A stretch of 64,000 bases of DNA from Candidatus Bathyarchaeota archaeon (GCA_963815095.1 CAWFFH010000006.1:64001-128000), one strand, 5' to 3'. Positions 41,467-52,290 are shown, counted from the stretch's first letter. Notes: generated by a model not told the origin, from the sequence alone. Program-made: numbers and translations.

Positions 41467-42687
41467 ATGGCAAATAAAGATGGCTACGTCCCAGATTTTC
41501 CCAGCGAAATCATTAGGGAAGGAAAAGTCCAAGTCTTAGTGCCTAAACTCGAAGCCTACGGAGTTGTGGCATCAGATTATGCACCAGCCAAAGCTCCAGT
41601 CTTCTACAATCCCGTTATGGAGTTTAACCGTGACGTAACCGTTTTAGCCTTCAAAGCTTACCAGCACATCGTTAACCATGAAATCAGCATATGTGAACCG
41701 TTCACCAGTCAAGGCATCAGAGGAATTCGTTTCGCCGTTGAAGTCGATGGCGTGACAAGGGTGCTGCTTAGTGACATTAACACTTCAGCTATCGATTTAG
41801 CAAAATACAACATTGAACTTAACAAGCAGGAAAACAAAATCACGCTCAAGTACAAGGATGCCAACTGTGTTCTAAGTTGCAACGCCTCACCAAAAAAACG
41901 CTTCGACATTGTAGATATTGACCCATTTGGTACTCCCGTTCCCTACCTGGATTCAGCATTTCGTGCCCTAAAGAACAAAGGATTACTGGCGGCAACTGCC
42001 ACGGATTTGGCGCCATTATGCGGAGTTCATGCTAAGGCTTGCGTTCGAAAGTACGGCGGCAAACCCTTGCGAACAGAATATTGTCATGAATTGGCCGTAC
42101 GACTTTTGGCAGGTTGCATGGCGTCATTAGCGGCGAAACACGACATTGGAATCCGAATCCTCTTCAGCCACAGTAGTGACCACTACATCCGAGTCTACGC
42201 TCAAATCGCATACGGCTGCCAAAAATCAGATGAAAGCCTCAAACAAACAGGCTACATCCTCCACTGCTTCAACTGTATGCATCGAGAAGTTGCAAACAAA
42301 ATTTTTGGGAAGAGCGATTTATGTCCAGAATGCGGCGGCAAGATGGATTATGCAGGACCCCTTTGGATAGGCTCCATTTCCGACCCTGCTTTCATTGACC
42401 AAATCACTAAGGAAAACCAGATCACCGCTTTTAGAAACAGCGCCAAAATCACCAAACTTCTAAACCTAACAAAAAACGAAGCACCGCTCCCAGCGACTTA
42501 CTATGTAATTGACAAGTTAAGCGGCAAACTCAACTCGGTCGCACCTTCAAACCAAGCTTTTTTGGATGCACTTAACAAGTACGGGTTCCAGGCGGTGCCA
42601 ACCCATTTCAACCCCAGAGGCATAAAAACCGATGCCCTATCCTTAACCATGCATAAGCTGCTCAGAGAAATCGTTGCAGGTAAATAG
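41467..42687 (+). CDS. trm1: tRNA (guanine26-N2)-dimethyltransferase
   Basis: VFYNPVMEFNRD, GIRGIR, DIDPFGTP, TATDLAPLCG, HELAVRLL, CPECG..GPLWIG. Confidence 0.93.
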   Translation: MANKDGYVPDFPSEIIREGKVQVLVPKLEAYGVVASDYAPAKAPVFYNPVMEFNRDVTVLAFKAYQHIVNHEISICEPFTSQGIRGIRFAVEVDGVTRVLLSDINTSAIDLAKYNIELNKQENKITLKYKDANCVLSCNASPKKRFDIVDIDPFGTPVPYLDSAFRALKNKGLLAATATDLAPLCGVHAKACVRKYGGKPLRTEYCHELAVRLLAGCMASLAAKHDIGIRILFSHSSDHYIRVYAQIAYGCQKSDESLKQTGYILHCFNCMHREVANKIFGKSDLCPECGGKMDYAGPLWIGSISDPAFIDQITKENQITAFRNSAKITKLLNLTKNEAPLPATYYVIDKLSGKLNSVAPSNQAFLDALNKYGFQAVPTHFNPRGIKTDALSLTMHKLLREIVAGK

Positions 42688-42753
42688 TTATGTTTTTTGG
42701 CAACAAAAGTTTAAAGAGCAAAACCAGCGTTTCTAACAGGTAAGTGAGCACTC

Positions 42754-43560
42754 ATGAATGACAAAATCACAGTAATCGGGGCAGGTATGATGGGAAGCGC
42801 CATTATCAAAAGCTTCATTAAAGGCAAATATGCAGGCAAAATAACCGCTGTTGACATTGCACCCGAGAAACTGGGCGATTTGGAAAAATTAGGCGTCAAT
42901 GTTTCCTCGGATAACCGTAAATCCGCCGCAGACGCCGACATAGTTTTCATAATCGTGAAACCCGGCGACGTGGAGAAGGTTCTAAAAGAAATCAACAAAG
43001 AAATCAAAGGCAAGCTTCTGGTTTCAGTGGCTGCTACGGTGCCTCTAGCTTTTCTGAGAAAGAACGCCCCTGAAGCAAAAATTGTGCGAATCATGCCTAA
43101 TTTGGGTGCTATGGTGCAAGCTGCATATACCGCCTACTGCTGCGAACCAAACGTAACCGCCGAAGACAAAGAAAAAGTCAAAGCCCTCTTGAACATGATG
43201 GGTGTCTGTGACGAGATGGATGAGAAATACATGGATGCAATTACGGCGGTCAGCGGTAGCGGACCAGGTTATATGTCCATAATCATTGAAGCCTTAACTT
43301 ACGCCGGATTGAAAGTTGGGTTGCCCAGAAATATCGCTCTCAAATGTGCCGCCCAAACCGTAATGGGAACAGGCAAACTAGTCATCGACTTAAACGAGGA
43401 CCCCACAAAAATCAAAGACATGACCACCACTCCCGGCGGAACAACCATCGAAGCAATCTATCAAATCGAACAAAGCCAAATCCGACCCGCCATGATACGC
43501 GCTATCGAAGAAGCCACCAAAAAAAGCCAAGCAATCCGCGAAAAACTCAAACTTGAATAG
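42754..43560 (+). CDS. proC: Pyrroline-5-carboxylate reductase
   Basis: IGAGMMG, VKP, RIMPN, TAVSGSGPGY, TTPGGTT. Confidence 0.93.
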   Translation: MNDKITVIGAGMMGSAIIKSFIKGKYAGKITAVDIAPEKLGDLEKLGVNVSSDNRKSAADADIVFIIVKPGDVEKVLKEINKEIKGKLLVSVAATVPLAFLRKNAPEAKIVRIMPNLGAMVQAAYTAYCCEPNVTAEDKEKVKALLNMMGVCDEMDEKYMDAITAVSGSGPGYMSIIIEALTYAGLKVGLPRNIALKCAAQTVMGTGKLVIDLNEDPTKIKDMTTTPGGTTIEAIYQIEQSQIRPAMIRAIEEATKKSQAIREKLKLE

Positions 43561-44239
43561 ATTCGTTATGTACGAAGCAGTTATATGCGACTGGGATGGA
43601 ACCCTCGCGGACACAAGAAAAGAAATCGTGATTTCGTTTCAAAAGGCGCTTAAAGAAATCAGCCTTGATGTTCCCGCTAAGTTTGTTGAAAGAAGAATGG
43701 GGATTGGTGCAGCCGAAACCTTCCGAGAAATTCTCGCTGCTGCAAACCGACGCGTTGACGAGAAAGTGGTAAAGCAGCTGGTTGAGCGGAAGAGTAAAGT
43801 ACAAACCGAATTAGCCAGTGAAGTGGAGTTGTTTGAGGGGACACGGGAACTTTTGGAGGAGCTGCAGGGCAAGGTGAAGTTGGGTTTGGCATCTATGAAT
43901 AATCGCTCAGTCATCATGCATCTGCTTCAAATTAATGGGTTAGCAAACTGTTTTGATACCGTTTTAACTGCAGAGGCGGTTTCCCACTCAAAACCTGACC
44001 CTGAAATTTTCTTGAAAACCGCAGCTCAACTAAACACTCTCCCTGCAAAATGCGTGGTTTTGGAGGATTCGCTTTTTGGAGTCCAAGCTGCCAAAGCCGC
44101 TAAGATGGGGTGCATAGCAGTCACAACAGGCGTCTACTCCAAGAAAGAACTCGAGAAAGAAAACCCTGATTTAATTGTCAAAGTATTAAAAGACTCCAAA
44201 ATTCTCCGTTTTATTCTAAATAATATTACCTTGTTGTAG
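43553..44239 (+). CDS. HAD-superfamily phosphatase
   Basis: DWDGTLADT, KPDPEIF, VLEDSLFGVQAAKAA. Confidence 0.92.
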   Translation: MNRFVMYEAVICDWDGTLADTRKEIVISFQKALKEISLDVPAKFVERRMGIGAAETFREILAAANRRVDEKVVKQLVERKSKVQTELASEVELFEGTRELLEELQGKVKLGLASMNNRSVIMHLLQINGLANCFDTVLTAEAVSHSKPDPEIFLKTAAQLNTLPAKCVVLEDSLFGVQAAKAAKMGCIAVTTGVYSKKELEKENPDLIVKVLKDSKILRFILNNITLL

Positions 44240-44316
44240 CGCGCTAGCAACAACATAACTTTAAACATTTTTCAAAAGAAATATAGCTTTACTCTCAAAC
44301 TGAAGGAAGAATATTT

Positions 44317-44586
44317 TTGACCGCTCAGCTAAAAAAACGGACAAAACCATCGATTTTTCAAATCCTACTCCTCGACAACGACGCCAGCGATGACGTTGAA
44401 GTTCAAGAAGCAAACCAAATTGACTTCAGCCAAGTTAAAGAACACCTCAAAAACGGAGGCTCAGTATTCATAACCAGCAAAGGGAAACAGAAATTATCTT
44501 TCCCAAAAGCCAAAGCCCAACAAAACTACAGCAAATCCAGACGAACCTGCGGATTCCTCTTCCGACAACACCTGAGAAACCCATAA
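44317..44586 (+). CDS. Hypothetical protein
   Basis: 89-aa ORF with upstream TTTAAA box and GAAGGA motif. Confidence 0.55.
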   Translation: MTAQLKKRTKPSIFQILLLDNDASDDVEVQEANQIDFSQVKEHLKNGGSVFITSKGKQKLSFPKAKAQQNYSKSRRTCGFLFRQHLRNP

Positions 44587-44687
44587 CCGCGTGACACGCT
44601 CCACATTACCATGACCCTTTATCCACATGGTTTTTGGGTATGTGCCACTCGCGTTGGCTAAAAATTTTGTTTTACAATAAGTGAAGA

Positions 44688-45752
44688 CTATTTTTTCCTT
44701 GTCGCTTTAGGTACATACGCACATCTTGGGTCTGACCCATAAATGTCTCCCGAGTAGAAAAGCGCTGATGAGCGGCATCCGCCGCAGATGTCTTTGTATT
44801 CGCAGACACCGCATTTGCCTTTGATGTTGGTTTTATCTTTGACTTTTTTGAAGAACTCACTGTTCTGCATGTCCGTCCAAATCTCTTTGATTGTCTTGTT
44901 TTTGACGTTTCCAACTCGGTAAGTGTCGTTGTAGCTGCAGGGGATAGCGTCGCCATTTTCCGCTATACTCATAAATTTGCCAAAGAAACATCTACCCAAA
45001 AAGAAGTTGTTGTACCAGTTGTCGAAATCGGGCATGCCGCGTTGTTTGACAACTCGGGCGTAGAAAGGTATGTAGACATTAATGGCTGGTTTCCCGTTGT
45101 ATTCGGGGGTGAGGTCGTAGAGTTTGTTGCATACCCACTCGTACTGAGCGGGGGTTAAGTCAGCTTTGAGACATTCGGGATCGTTGCTGTAGGGAATCAT
45201 GCCGTGGAAAACCACCCATCGGGCATCGTACTTCTTAGCTAAATCCAGTACATGCCGCATATCCGCTTCGTTTGCGTTCGTGGTTTCGCCAGCGTTTGCA
45301 AATGTGTAGACAAGACAGTTTAGGAGTTTTTCTTTGGAGAACCGTTCAATGGCAGAGACCGCAGCTTTGTAGGCGCCCTTGCCACGTATAGCGTCGTTTG
45401 TTATTTCTGCGCCATCGATGCTAATTGAAATTTTAGTTTGATTTTTTACGATATTTTTGAAGGCTTTCTCGTCAAGGAGTCGACCGTCAGTTATTATACT
45501 CGTGTTCAAACCCTTTTCTGTGGCATAATCAAGCACTTCAAAGAGGTCTTTTCTAAGAAGGGGTTGTCCACCTGTAATTCCAAAAAAGGTTGCTCCGAAA
45601 TCGCCGGCTTGGTCCACAATTTTTTTTGCCTCAGTGGTGTTTATTTCGTCTGGAGCAGCTTTTTGCCCCGCAGAAATGCAATGTACACATTGACTGTTGC
45701 ATGCGTAGGTGCATCGCCAAGGAACTATGAATACTGGACCTTTTCCTTTCAA
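44688..45752 (-). CDS. Radical SAM/SPASM protein (AhbC/AhbD/NirJ-like)
   Basis: CNSQCVHC, TGGQPLLR.D, ISIDG; SPASM C...G...PC...CGVCEYKDICGGCR...DPRC. Confidence 0.88.
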   Translation of the reverse strand: MKGKGPVFIVPWRCTYACNSQCVHCISAGQKAAPDEINTTEAKKIVDQAGDFGATFFGITGGQPLLRKDLFEVLDYATEKGLNTSIITDGRLLDEKAFKNIVKNQTKISISIDGAEITNDAIRGKGAYKAAVSAIERFSKEKLLNCLVYTFANAGETTNANEADMRHVLDLAKKYDARWVVFHGMIPYSNDPECLKADLTPAQYEWVCNKLYDLTPEYNGKPAINVYIPFYARVVKQRGMPDFDNWYNNFFLGRCFFGKFMSIAENGDAIPCSYNDTYRVGNVKNKTIKEIWTDMQNSEFFKKVKDKTNIKGKCGVCEYKDICGGCRSSALFYSGDIYGSDPRCAYVPKATRKK

Positions 45753-45888
45753 GCCTAAAGCCTCTTTGTTTAGTTGAAACGGGTTTTTTGGTATTTAACG
45801 CTTCACATTCTACGTGAAGGTTCCACGAGTCGGCTTTAAGTAACAGAATTCTTAAATTGACAGCGTCATAATTCTTATCAGTGATTTT

Positions 45889-46308
45889 ATGGCTAAGCTT
45901 AAAGGAAACGCGAAACTTTTGGAAAATGTCCGTTTAGTAACCGATAATGGAAGAGGACACAGTGTTGTCTGCGATTTATCTGAAGATTCAGGAGGAACAA
46001 ACGCTGGACCCACGCCGCTGGAGTTGGCTCTGATGGCATTAGCAGGCTGCGGAGTTATAATCTACGCTGATGTCTGCAAAAACAGCAAAATTGACCCAGG
46101 CAATATCAACATTGCAGTCGAAGCCGAAAAAACCCCCAATTCACCCACGTTAAGTAGTGTCACCATGAAAGTCAATATTGCCTCGAAAGCACGAAAAGCT
46201 TTAGTTGAAGCCGCTTGGCGACGAACTGAAGCAGGCTGCCCAGTACTATTTGTTTACAAGCAATCAGTGCCTGTTAGGGTTGAAGTTGACGTAAGAGCGG
46301 TAGAATAA
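45889..46308 (+). CDS. OsmC-family protein
   Basis: GG.NAGPTPLELALMALAGC ... GCPV. Confidence 0.88.
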   Translation: MAKLKGNAKLLENVRLVTDNGRGHSVVCDLSEDSGGTNAGPTPLELALMALAGCGVIIYADVCKNSKIDPGNINIAVEAEKTPNSPTLSSVTMKVNIASKARKALVEAAWRRTEAGCPVLFVYKQSVPVRVEVDVRAVE

Positions 46309-46397
46309 TCGCTTTTTCTTTCTTTCTTCGATATATCAGAAACCTTATTGTATACTTTTAAGCGGCTTTTATTTTAGAGTTAAGTGAGGAGAGGCAA

Positions 46398-46565
46398 ATG
46401 GAAGATGATATTCTGTTTATCCAGCGCCAGCTGATTTGTGCTCATGAAAAACAGGTGCAATACCGGCAGAGGCAGTTTGACATACTAAATGGATTAGAAT
46501 ATCATTTTACGCGTTGTCTTAATTGCCACAAAATAGTGGAGTTAGAAGCAAAAAAAAATTTTTGA
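46398..46565 (+). CDS. 55-aa putative Zn-binding micro-protein (not in ORF track)
   Basis: GAGGAGAGG upstream; MEDDILFIQRQLICAHEK...TRCLNCHKIVELEAKKNF*. Confidence 0.5.
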   Translation: MEDDILFIQRQLICAHEKQVQYRQRQFDILNGLEYHFTRCLNCHKIVELEAKKNF

Positions 46566-46573
46566 ATAGTTAT

Positions 46574-46984
46574 CTATTTGTTTTTTGATGTGAGGTAAAG
46601 TTCACCCTGTTTAAGCAAGTCTAAGGCTCTCTGGGTCTGCATAGTTGTTAATTTGCAGGTTTTGGGGTCTTTTAGGAACTGTAAGGTTTCTGGTGCGTTT
46701 TTGATTATATGCAGGTCTTCCCATGCAACTTTGAGGTCTTCGGATGGTATGTGGGTGTCAACATCCATAGCCCAGGCGCCAGCATCCAACTCATCTTCTT
46801 CCCTCATAGCGGTGAAAGGACCTAGCAAACTCTTGTCTTCAACGTTAAACAGGAAAATAATGGAGCCTGCTTTAATATCTTCATCTTTAGGCTTAGTTTT
46901 TTCATCCGCACATGTGTAAAGTTTACTGCTTAAACATTGCTGTAGGGATGTTTTGTTACAAAAAAATATGTATCCGTCGTACAT
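46574..46984 (-). CDS. Stand-alone DCD-like (PUA/EVE superfamily) domain protein
   Basis: GYIFFCN..S..QCL...LY ... I..G..IFLFN.....L.GPF.A pattern. Confidence 0.65.
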   Translation of the reverse strand: MYDGYIFFCNKTSLQQCLSSKLYTCADEKTKPKDEDIKAGSIIFLFNVEDKSLLGPFTAMREEDELDAGAWAMDVDTHIPSEDLKVAWEDLHIIKNAPETLQFLKDPKTCKLTTMQTQRALDLLKQGELYLTSKNK

Positions 46985-47117
46985 AACTAAATAGAACCTT
47001 CTTCGCTACTGGGAAGCGTGTCGGCGTTTATTTCCTTTTTGCTTTTAGACAAAGGACTAAAGAGGTTGAAACTAGAAAATTTTATTAAACCTGCTTTTAT
47101 GTTGCTAATTCCTATAG

Positions 47118-48542
47118 GTGGAATGTGCTTTCAAAACTGTTTCAGTTGCTAAATTCGGCGGCAGCCTTCTTGATGTGGAAGGAAAAGGAATCCCTAAGAT
47201 AATCAAGCGAATAGCGGAAATCAGAGAAAAAGACGGCTGTGGACCCTTAACAGTATTTTCTGCACCTATGGGCTGCACAGATTCACTTATTCGCATAGGC
47301 GAATCATACGCGCAAGCATGCCAGTTACCTTTGGACCCGGTTTTTGAAATATACGAGCATTTAGCGAAAATCTACGTCAAAGACAAATATCTAAAAAAAG
47401 CCTTAGAAGAATTATCTAATTACAAAACATTAACCCAAACTACTCTCGAATCTGTGAACAAACGTTTTAGCGGAAACATCAAAGCGAGAACCCTTACATT
47501 AGGTGGGGAACTCACCATGTCCACTTTGATGAATTACATTCTAAAAAGCCACGACTTAGACTCAATGTCATTGTCTATGGACGACTGGCCAATCGTAACC
47601 GACGACAACTTTGAAGATGCACTGCCAAACTTTGAGTTAAGCAAAAAACGACTACACTCCCTTATCGAACCTCTTGAAGAAGGTAAAGTTGTATCGATGG
47701 GAGGTTTCTTAGGAGTCACAGCAGACGGACTCGAAACAATTCTTGGCAGAGGCGGCTCAGACCTAACTGCAGTTTTTGCTTCCTGTCTCCTAAAAGATGC
47801 CTACTCAACCAAAACCCTACTCTACAAAGATATACCAGTACAAAGTGCCGACCCCAAAGTCGTAAAAGGACAAAAAACCGAACACGTAAACGCCTTAACC
47901 TACAACGAAGCTCATAAAGCATCAATGATGGGTATGAAAATTGTGCAGAGTCCCGCAATCGCTATGGCTAGACGTTTTGGTCAACCGTTAATGGTTGTCC
48001 CAATCGATAAGCCAGAGTTGTTCTCAATGATTGAAGCTGTAACTACAGGTGGCGAAGTCGTGAAGTGTTTAACGGGCAAATTTGGCTGTGCAATCCTTTC
48101 GATGAGTGACGAGAAAAGCCGCTCATTGGAAGATTCCCTGCGTATATGGGAACGTAGAAACGACTTTTTAGATTTGGGCGCAGAAACGATGGAAACGGGC
48201 GAGCGTATCAGGGATTTCCTCTTCTTAGACTCAGACTTCCTCAAGAAAAATGAGGAAAAACTCAAAGGCTTTGACGAGAACATGAAAATCGATTATGGCT
48301 TAGGCGTAGTCACTCTAATCGGCGATCGAATGAAAGATTCTCCGGGAGTAGCATCTAGAGCAATCAGCGCGATATCAGGAATCAACATCAAACGTGGCAT
48401 CTTCGCACCCCACACGTCACAGATCATTCTTGTAGTTGAGGAAAAAAACATCAACGCTACTGTCGCAGCGATACATCTCAAGAAACAGGAACTTAACAAA
48501 ACGCCGCCAGATTGGCCCATGGGATTTCAGCCCTTAGCCTAA
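47118..48542 (+). CDS. Aspartate kinase
   Basis: VAKFGGS, SAPMG.TD.L, GGE, GF.G, LGRGGSD.TA, ADPK, C-terminal ACT-like G..MKDSPGVA. Confidence 0.88.
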   Translation: MECAFKTVSVAKFGGSLLDVEGKGIPKIIKRIAEIREKDGCGPLTVFSAPMGCTDSLIRIGESYAQACQLPLDPVFEIYEHLAKIYVKDKYLKKALEELSNYKTLTQTTLESVNKRFSGNIKARTLTLGGELTMSTLMNYILKSHDLDSMSLSMDDWPIVTDDNFEDALPNFELSKKRLHSLIEPLEEGKVVSMGGFLGVTADGLETILGRGGSDLTAVFASCLLKDAYSTKTLLYKDIPVQSADPKVVKGQKTEHVNALTYNEAHKASMMGMKIVQSPAIAMARRFGQPLMVVPIDKPELFSMIEAVTTGGEVVKCLTGKFGCAILSMSDEKSRSLEDSLRIWERRNDFLDLGAETMETGERIRDFLFLDSDFLKKNEEKLKGFDENMKIDYGLGVVTLIGDRMKDSPGVASRAISAISGINIKRGIFAPHTSQIILVVEEKNINATVAAIHLKKQELNKTPPDWPMGFQPLA

Positions 48543-48738
48543 TGGCGAAATAGAATTCCACGAAATATTCTACAGACATCAAACCTCAAGCTAAATCTTG
48601 TAGAATAGTTATTCAAACCAATCAATAAACATGCATTATTGTTTTTGTGACGCCAAAAATATTTGCAAATGCTTTAATAATGCCAATTAAGAGAAGACTA
48701 TGACGTTCGGTTTCTTTTAGAACTATTAGCAAATTTGA

Positions 48739-49839
48739 GTGAAATACTTGTCTGGCATAAGTAAGTACTTGTCCATTAGGCGCTCCGTTCTCTTTATGAT
48801 AGCTGGCTTGGTAGCTTTCATCGTTTACCTGTACTTCTATATCGGAATTCCCGAAATACTGGAGGTAATAGAAAACTTAAACTCAAATCAATACGCATTT
48901 TACTACACTCTTGCACTCTTAGCAGTGCTTGCCTCAGTGCTTTGCTGGTCACTTGCCTGGAACAGCATACTAAAAGCACTCTCTATCAAAATCACTCTGA
49001 GAAGAACCTACCTTTATTATTGGGTAGGATACTTTAGCGACTTAGTTCTTCCCTGTGCAACAGTTTGCGGGGAACTAACAAGGCTCTATCTTGTGCAGAA
49101 AGAAACAGGAAAAAGCTACGGGGTTCTTGCAGCTTCAGCTGTAACTAATCGACTTGTTGCCTATATTATAGTTGCCTTCGGGCTATACAGTGGAGCAATC
49201 CTGATTTTTCTTAAGCCCGGTTTAACGCCTGTTATCCAGAATGTTTTTATTTTATTCCTAGTCGGAGTAACTGCTTACTTGGCAGTTCTTTTATACTTGG
49301 CGTTTGTTAAGCATGCGGCAATAAACATCAGCAGGGCTTACGGAAAAATCCTCAAGGTACTTCGCCCCAAACATTTTAGCGCATGGAAAGAAACTCAAAG
49401 AGAAAAATCGCTTGAAAACTACTACAACGGATTCAAAATCTTTCGTGAAAAACCAAAACTGCTTGTAAAACCCCTTATAATTCATTTGATTTCGTATCTT
49501 CTGGGACTATCAGTTTACATAGCTATCTTTTACGCGCTTGGCATCCCTCAGAGCCCTGAGTTCTATATCGTAATCTACTTTATCGCAACAGCGGTGCAGG
49601 ACGCCGCCGCAAGCTTCTCCGTGGGCTCATTGGACATAATTTTAGCAAGCATTCTACTACTCTACGGCATAGACCCTGGATTAAGCGCAATAACTGCTCT
49701 GTTGCTGCGAAGTGTGGGCTTTTGGTTCCCGCTCTTTGTGGGTTTTGTAGCTGTTCAGATTTTGGGGGCTCGAAGCTTGATTTCTTATAATCCTCAGTTG
49801 AAGAGAACTGCCGAAAAAAAAAGGAAGGTTCTCAAATAG
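48739..49839 (+). CDS. UPF0104 / lysylphosphatidylglycerol-synthase-TM (flippase-like) membrane protein
   Basis: About 9 TMs, F.D.VLP...GE..R.Y motif, LL.R...FW.P...G. Confidence 0.8.
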   Translation: MKYLSGISKYLSIRRSVLFMIAGLVAFIVYLYFYIGIPEILEVIENLNSNQYAFYYTLALLAVLASVLCWSLAWNSILKALSIKITLRRTYLYYWVGYFSDLVLPCATVCGELTRLYLVQKETGKSYGVLAASAVTNRLVAYIIVAFGLYSGAILIFLKPGLTPVIQNVFILFLVGVTAYLAVLLYLAFVKHAAINISRAYGKILKVLRPKHFSAWKETQREKSLENYYNGFKIFREKPKLLVKPLIIHLISYLLGLSVYIAIFYALGIPQSPEFYIVIYFIATAVQDAAASFSVGSLDIILASILLLYGIDPGLSAITALLLRSVGFWFPLFVGFVAVQILGARSLISYNPQLKRTAEKKRKVLK

Positions 49840-49969
49840 ATCCTTTGGGTGATAATGGCGAATAGGTGTTGGGTGATCACTTTCATTGACCTCTCTCCCT
49901 CTCCGCAATGTCGCGTAGACACCCGCCTTTTAAGGATTATCTACAATATCGGTTGCTCCGTGAACAAAC

Positions 49970-50227
49970 ATGACTCAAACCGAAACAGAAACCGAAGAAA
50001 ACTTGATTGTTTCCCTAACACTCCACAACTTCTCTGCTGAAATGCTAAAAGAATTCGCCCAAAAAATTGTGTTGCCCTATTTTCACGGCAATATGAACAA
50101 AGCCATCCGAAGCCTAATGGAAAAAGCAATCACCGAAGAAACAATGGTTAACCAAGCCTTAATGACCGAGCATAATAACGCCAACCGAGATTTACATCAT
50201 AATACCAAGTTTCTAAAAAAAGCATAA
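49970..50227 (+). CDS. Small hypothetical protein, paralog of 34602-34787
   Basis: Shared F...IV..YF.G.M.KA...LM.KA..EE motif. Confidence 0.65.
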   Translation: MTQTETETEENLIVSLTLHNFSAEMLKEFAQKIVLPYFHGNMNKAIRSLMEKAITEETMVNQALMTEHNNANRDLHHNTKFLKKA

Positions 50228-50288
50228 GAATTCTTTTTACTAATTTTTTTGGCTATGTTTGTAAGATTTGGGCAGTTGCATTACGTCT

Positions 50289-50783
50289 TTAACGATTTCG
50301 AATCTCTTTTCTGCTTTTTCGGCGCAAGATAACGAATATCAAGACGCTACCTACAACGGTGATAATTATGGATATCAATAGGATATTGCTGAGAGGTGTT
50401 TCCGTTGAATGGTTGCCGACGAAGACGTCGGGATTTGTTGTATAAGAGAAAGTCACTTGAACAGCGTTAGAAAAGTCATTCTCGAAATTCAGCGTATAGT
50501 TTCCGTCTTGCTGGGCAACAAAACCAAATGAAGCTGTTTTGTCGATTAAGCCAAGGTTAACTATTTGAGTTTGGTTAGGAGCATTCACCCAAAATCGTAT
50601 GATGCCGGTGGACGAGATTGAACCGTTAAATGTGGTTCCAGATGGCAGTACAAAGGGTAATTGACCTGACGAATTGGAAAGGGTGAAAGGCGGAATTGTT
50701 GTTGCAAACGCCGAAGAAGCCATCAATGGCATTGTTAGCAGCATCACTAACACAGTAAGGGCAAGTATTTTGGTTTTTTTCAT
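50289..50783 (-). CDS. Secreted GOLD/p24-like beta-sandwich protein with TM anchor
   Basis: Signal peptide, F.FVAQQDGNYTLNFEN, TM plus RRKSRK. Confidence 0.7.
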   Translation of the reverse strand: MKKTKILALTVLVMLLTMPLMASSAFATTIPPFTLSNSSGQLPFVLPSGTTFNGSISSTGIIRFWVNAPNQTQIVNLGLIDKTASFGFVAQQDGNYTLNFENDFSNAVQVTFSYTTNPDVFVGNHSTETPLSNILLISIIITVVGSVLIFVILRRKSRKEIRNR

Positions 50784-50895
50784 TTTCCCACTTGAAGAAT
50801 AGTATGTTAATTAAGAAAGGCCTTATTAACAATCACACTAAAAAAACAAAAAACAACTAATAAAGATAAACTTCTAAAAAAACAGTGTAGTTTAG

Positions 50896-50970
50896 TGGAC
50901 CGGGCGGGATTTGAACCCGCGGCTTCCGCGTTGCGAACGCGGCGATCATACCGAACTGATCTACCGGCCC
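50896..50970 (-). tRNA. tRNA-Ala(CGC), CCA not encoded
   Basis: GGGCCGG/CCGGTCC acceptor stem with G3:U70, CCGCG-TTCGCAA-CGCGG anticodon arm, GGTTCAAATCC. Confidence 0.95.
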
Positions 50971-51171
50971 TTTTCTGGAAAAACACGGTAATAAGGGCAT
51001 TTAGAGCTTTCGGTGAATTTGGCTTGAGACCATTCGGATTCAATCAAAAAACAATAAGGAAATGTTAACAAACATAAAAAAAACCAGCTTAAGAGGGGAA
51101 ATGGTATAAAAGGCAGTCTTAAGCTTCCTTATAAAGAACGATAATTAAAATTATATTTGCGGTAAACTTGA

Positions 51172-52290
51172 ATGGCTGAAAAAAGAGACTATTACGAGGT
51201 TTTAGGCGTACAAAAAAGTGCGTCAAAAGATGAAATCAAAGATGCCTACAGAAAACTAGCCATGCAGTTTCATCCCGATCGAAACAAGGAAGTAGGTGCC
51301 GAAGAACGCTTCAAGGAAATCAGTGAAGCATACGCGGTTCTGTCTGATGACCAAAAACGCCAAACCTACGACAACCTTGGCCATCAAGGCTTTGACCAAC
51401 GCTATACTAGTGAAGACATTTTCCGTGGAGCCGACTTCGACTCAGTTTTCCGCGACATGGGGTTCGGCGACATTTTCCGAAGCTTCTTTGGCGGCGGAGG
51501 TGGTGGATTCGGCAATTTTGAGGAGCGCAACCGAGGACAGGATCTTGCATATAACTTGGAAATAACTCTTGAAGAGGCAGCCAAAGGCACCGAAAAAGAA
51601 ATCGAAATTCCACGAACCGAGCGATGCGAAATCTGCGGCGGCTCAGGAGCAAACCCTGGCACATCAGCCAAAATTTGTCCACGATGTGGCGGTTCAGGCA
51701 AAATTCAGAACATGCGCAAAGCCGGATTTGCAATGTATGTCCAAGTTACGGCCTGCCCAACTTGTAAGGGAAAAGGCAAACTCATAGAATCTCCTTGCAA
51801 CAATTGTCATGGCTCAGGACTGGTTAGGCGACGCAGAAAAATCAGCGTCAAAGTGCCCATGGGTATAGATGAAGGTTTACAGCTGCGTCTTCGGGGCGAA
51901 GGTGAAACGCCAGCTAATGACGGTGAACCAGGTGACCTCTACGTGGTTGTTCACATTAAGCAGAATCCACAGTTCATTCGGGAAGGAGACGACCTTTGGC
52001 ATATAGCAGTAATTACCTTTCCTCAAGCGGCTTTGGGTGCAGAAATCTCGGTGCCTACCATAGAAGGACCAACAACGATTAAATTGCATCCGGGAACGCA
52101 GGTGGGCGAAACAGTAACTTTACGGGGCAAAGGCATGCCGCGTTTCCGAGGTTATGGCAGAGGCGATTTGCATGTACGCATCAGTATTTCGGTTCCAGAA
52201 AAACTTTCAGGTCCACAGAAAGCCCTCTTGGAGCAGTTAGCCAAAGAGTTCGGCAGCGATGTTCAGAAGAACCGTAAATTCCGCCTTTAA
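51172..52290 (+). CDS. dnaJ: Chaperone DnaJ
   Basis: J domain with HPD, G/F-rich region, four CxxCxGxG repeats. Confidence 0.96.
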   Translation: MAEKRDYYEVLGVQKSASKDEIKDAYRKLAMQFHPDRNKEVGAEERFKEISEAYAVLSDDQKRQTYDNLGHQGFDQRYTSEDIFRGADFDSVFRDMGFGDIFRSFFGGGGGGFGNFEERNRGQDLAYNLEITLEEAAKGTEKEIEIPRTERCEICGGSGANPGTSAKICPRCGGSGKIQNMRKAGFAMYVQVTACPTCKGKGKLIESPCNNCHGSGLVRRRRKISVKVPMGIDEGLQLRLRGEGETPANDGEPGDLYVVVHIKQNPQFIREGDDLWHIAVITFPQAALGAEISVPTIEGPTTIKLHPGTQVGETVTLRGKGMPRFRGYGRGDLHVRISISVPEKLSGPQKALLEQLAKEFGSDVQKNRKFRL

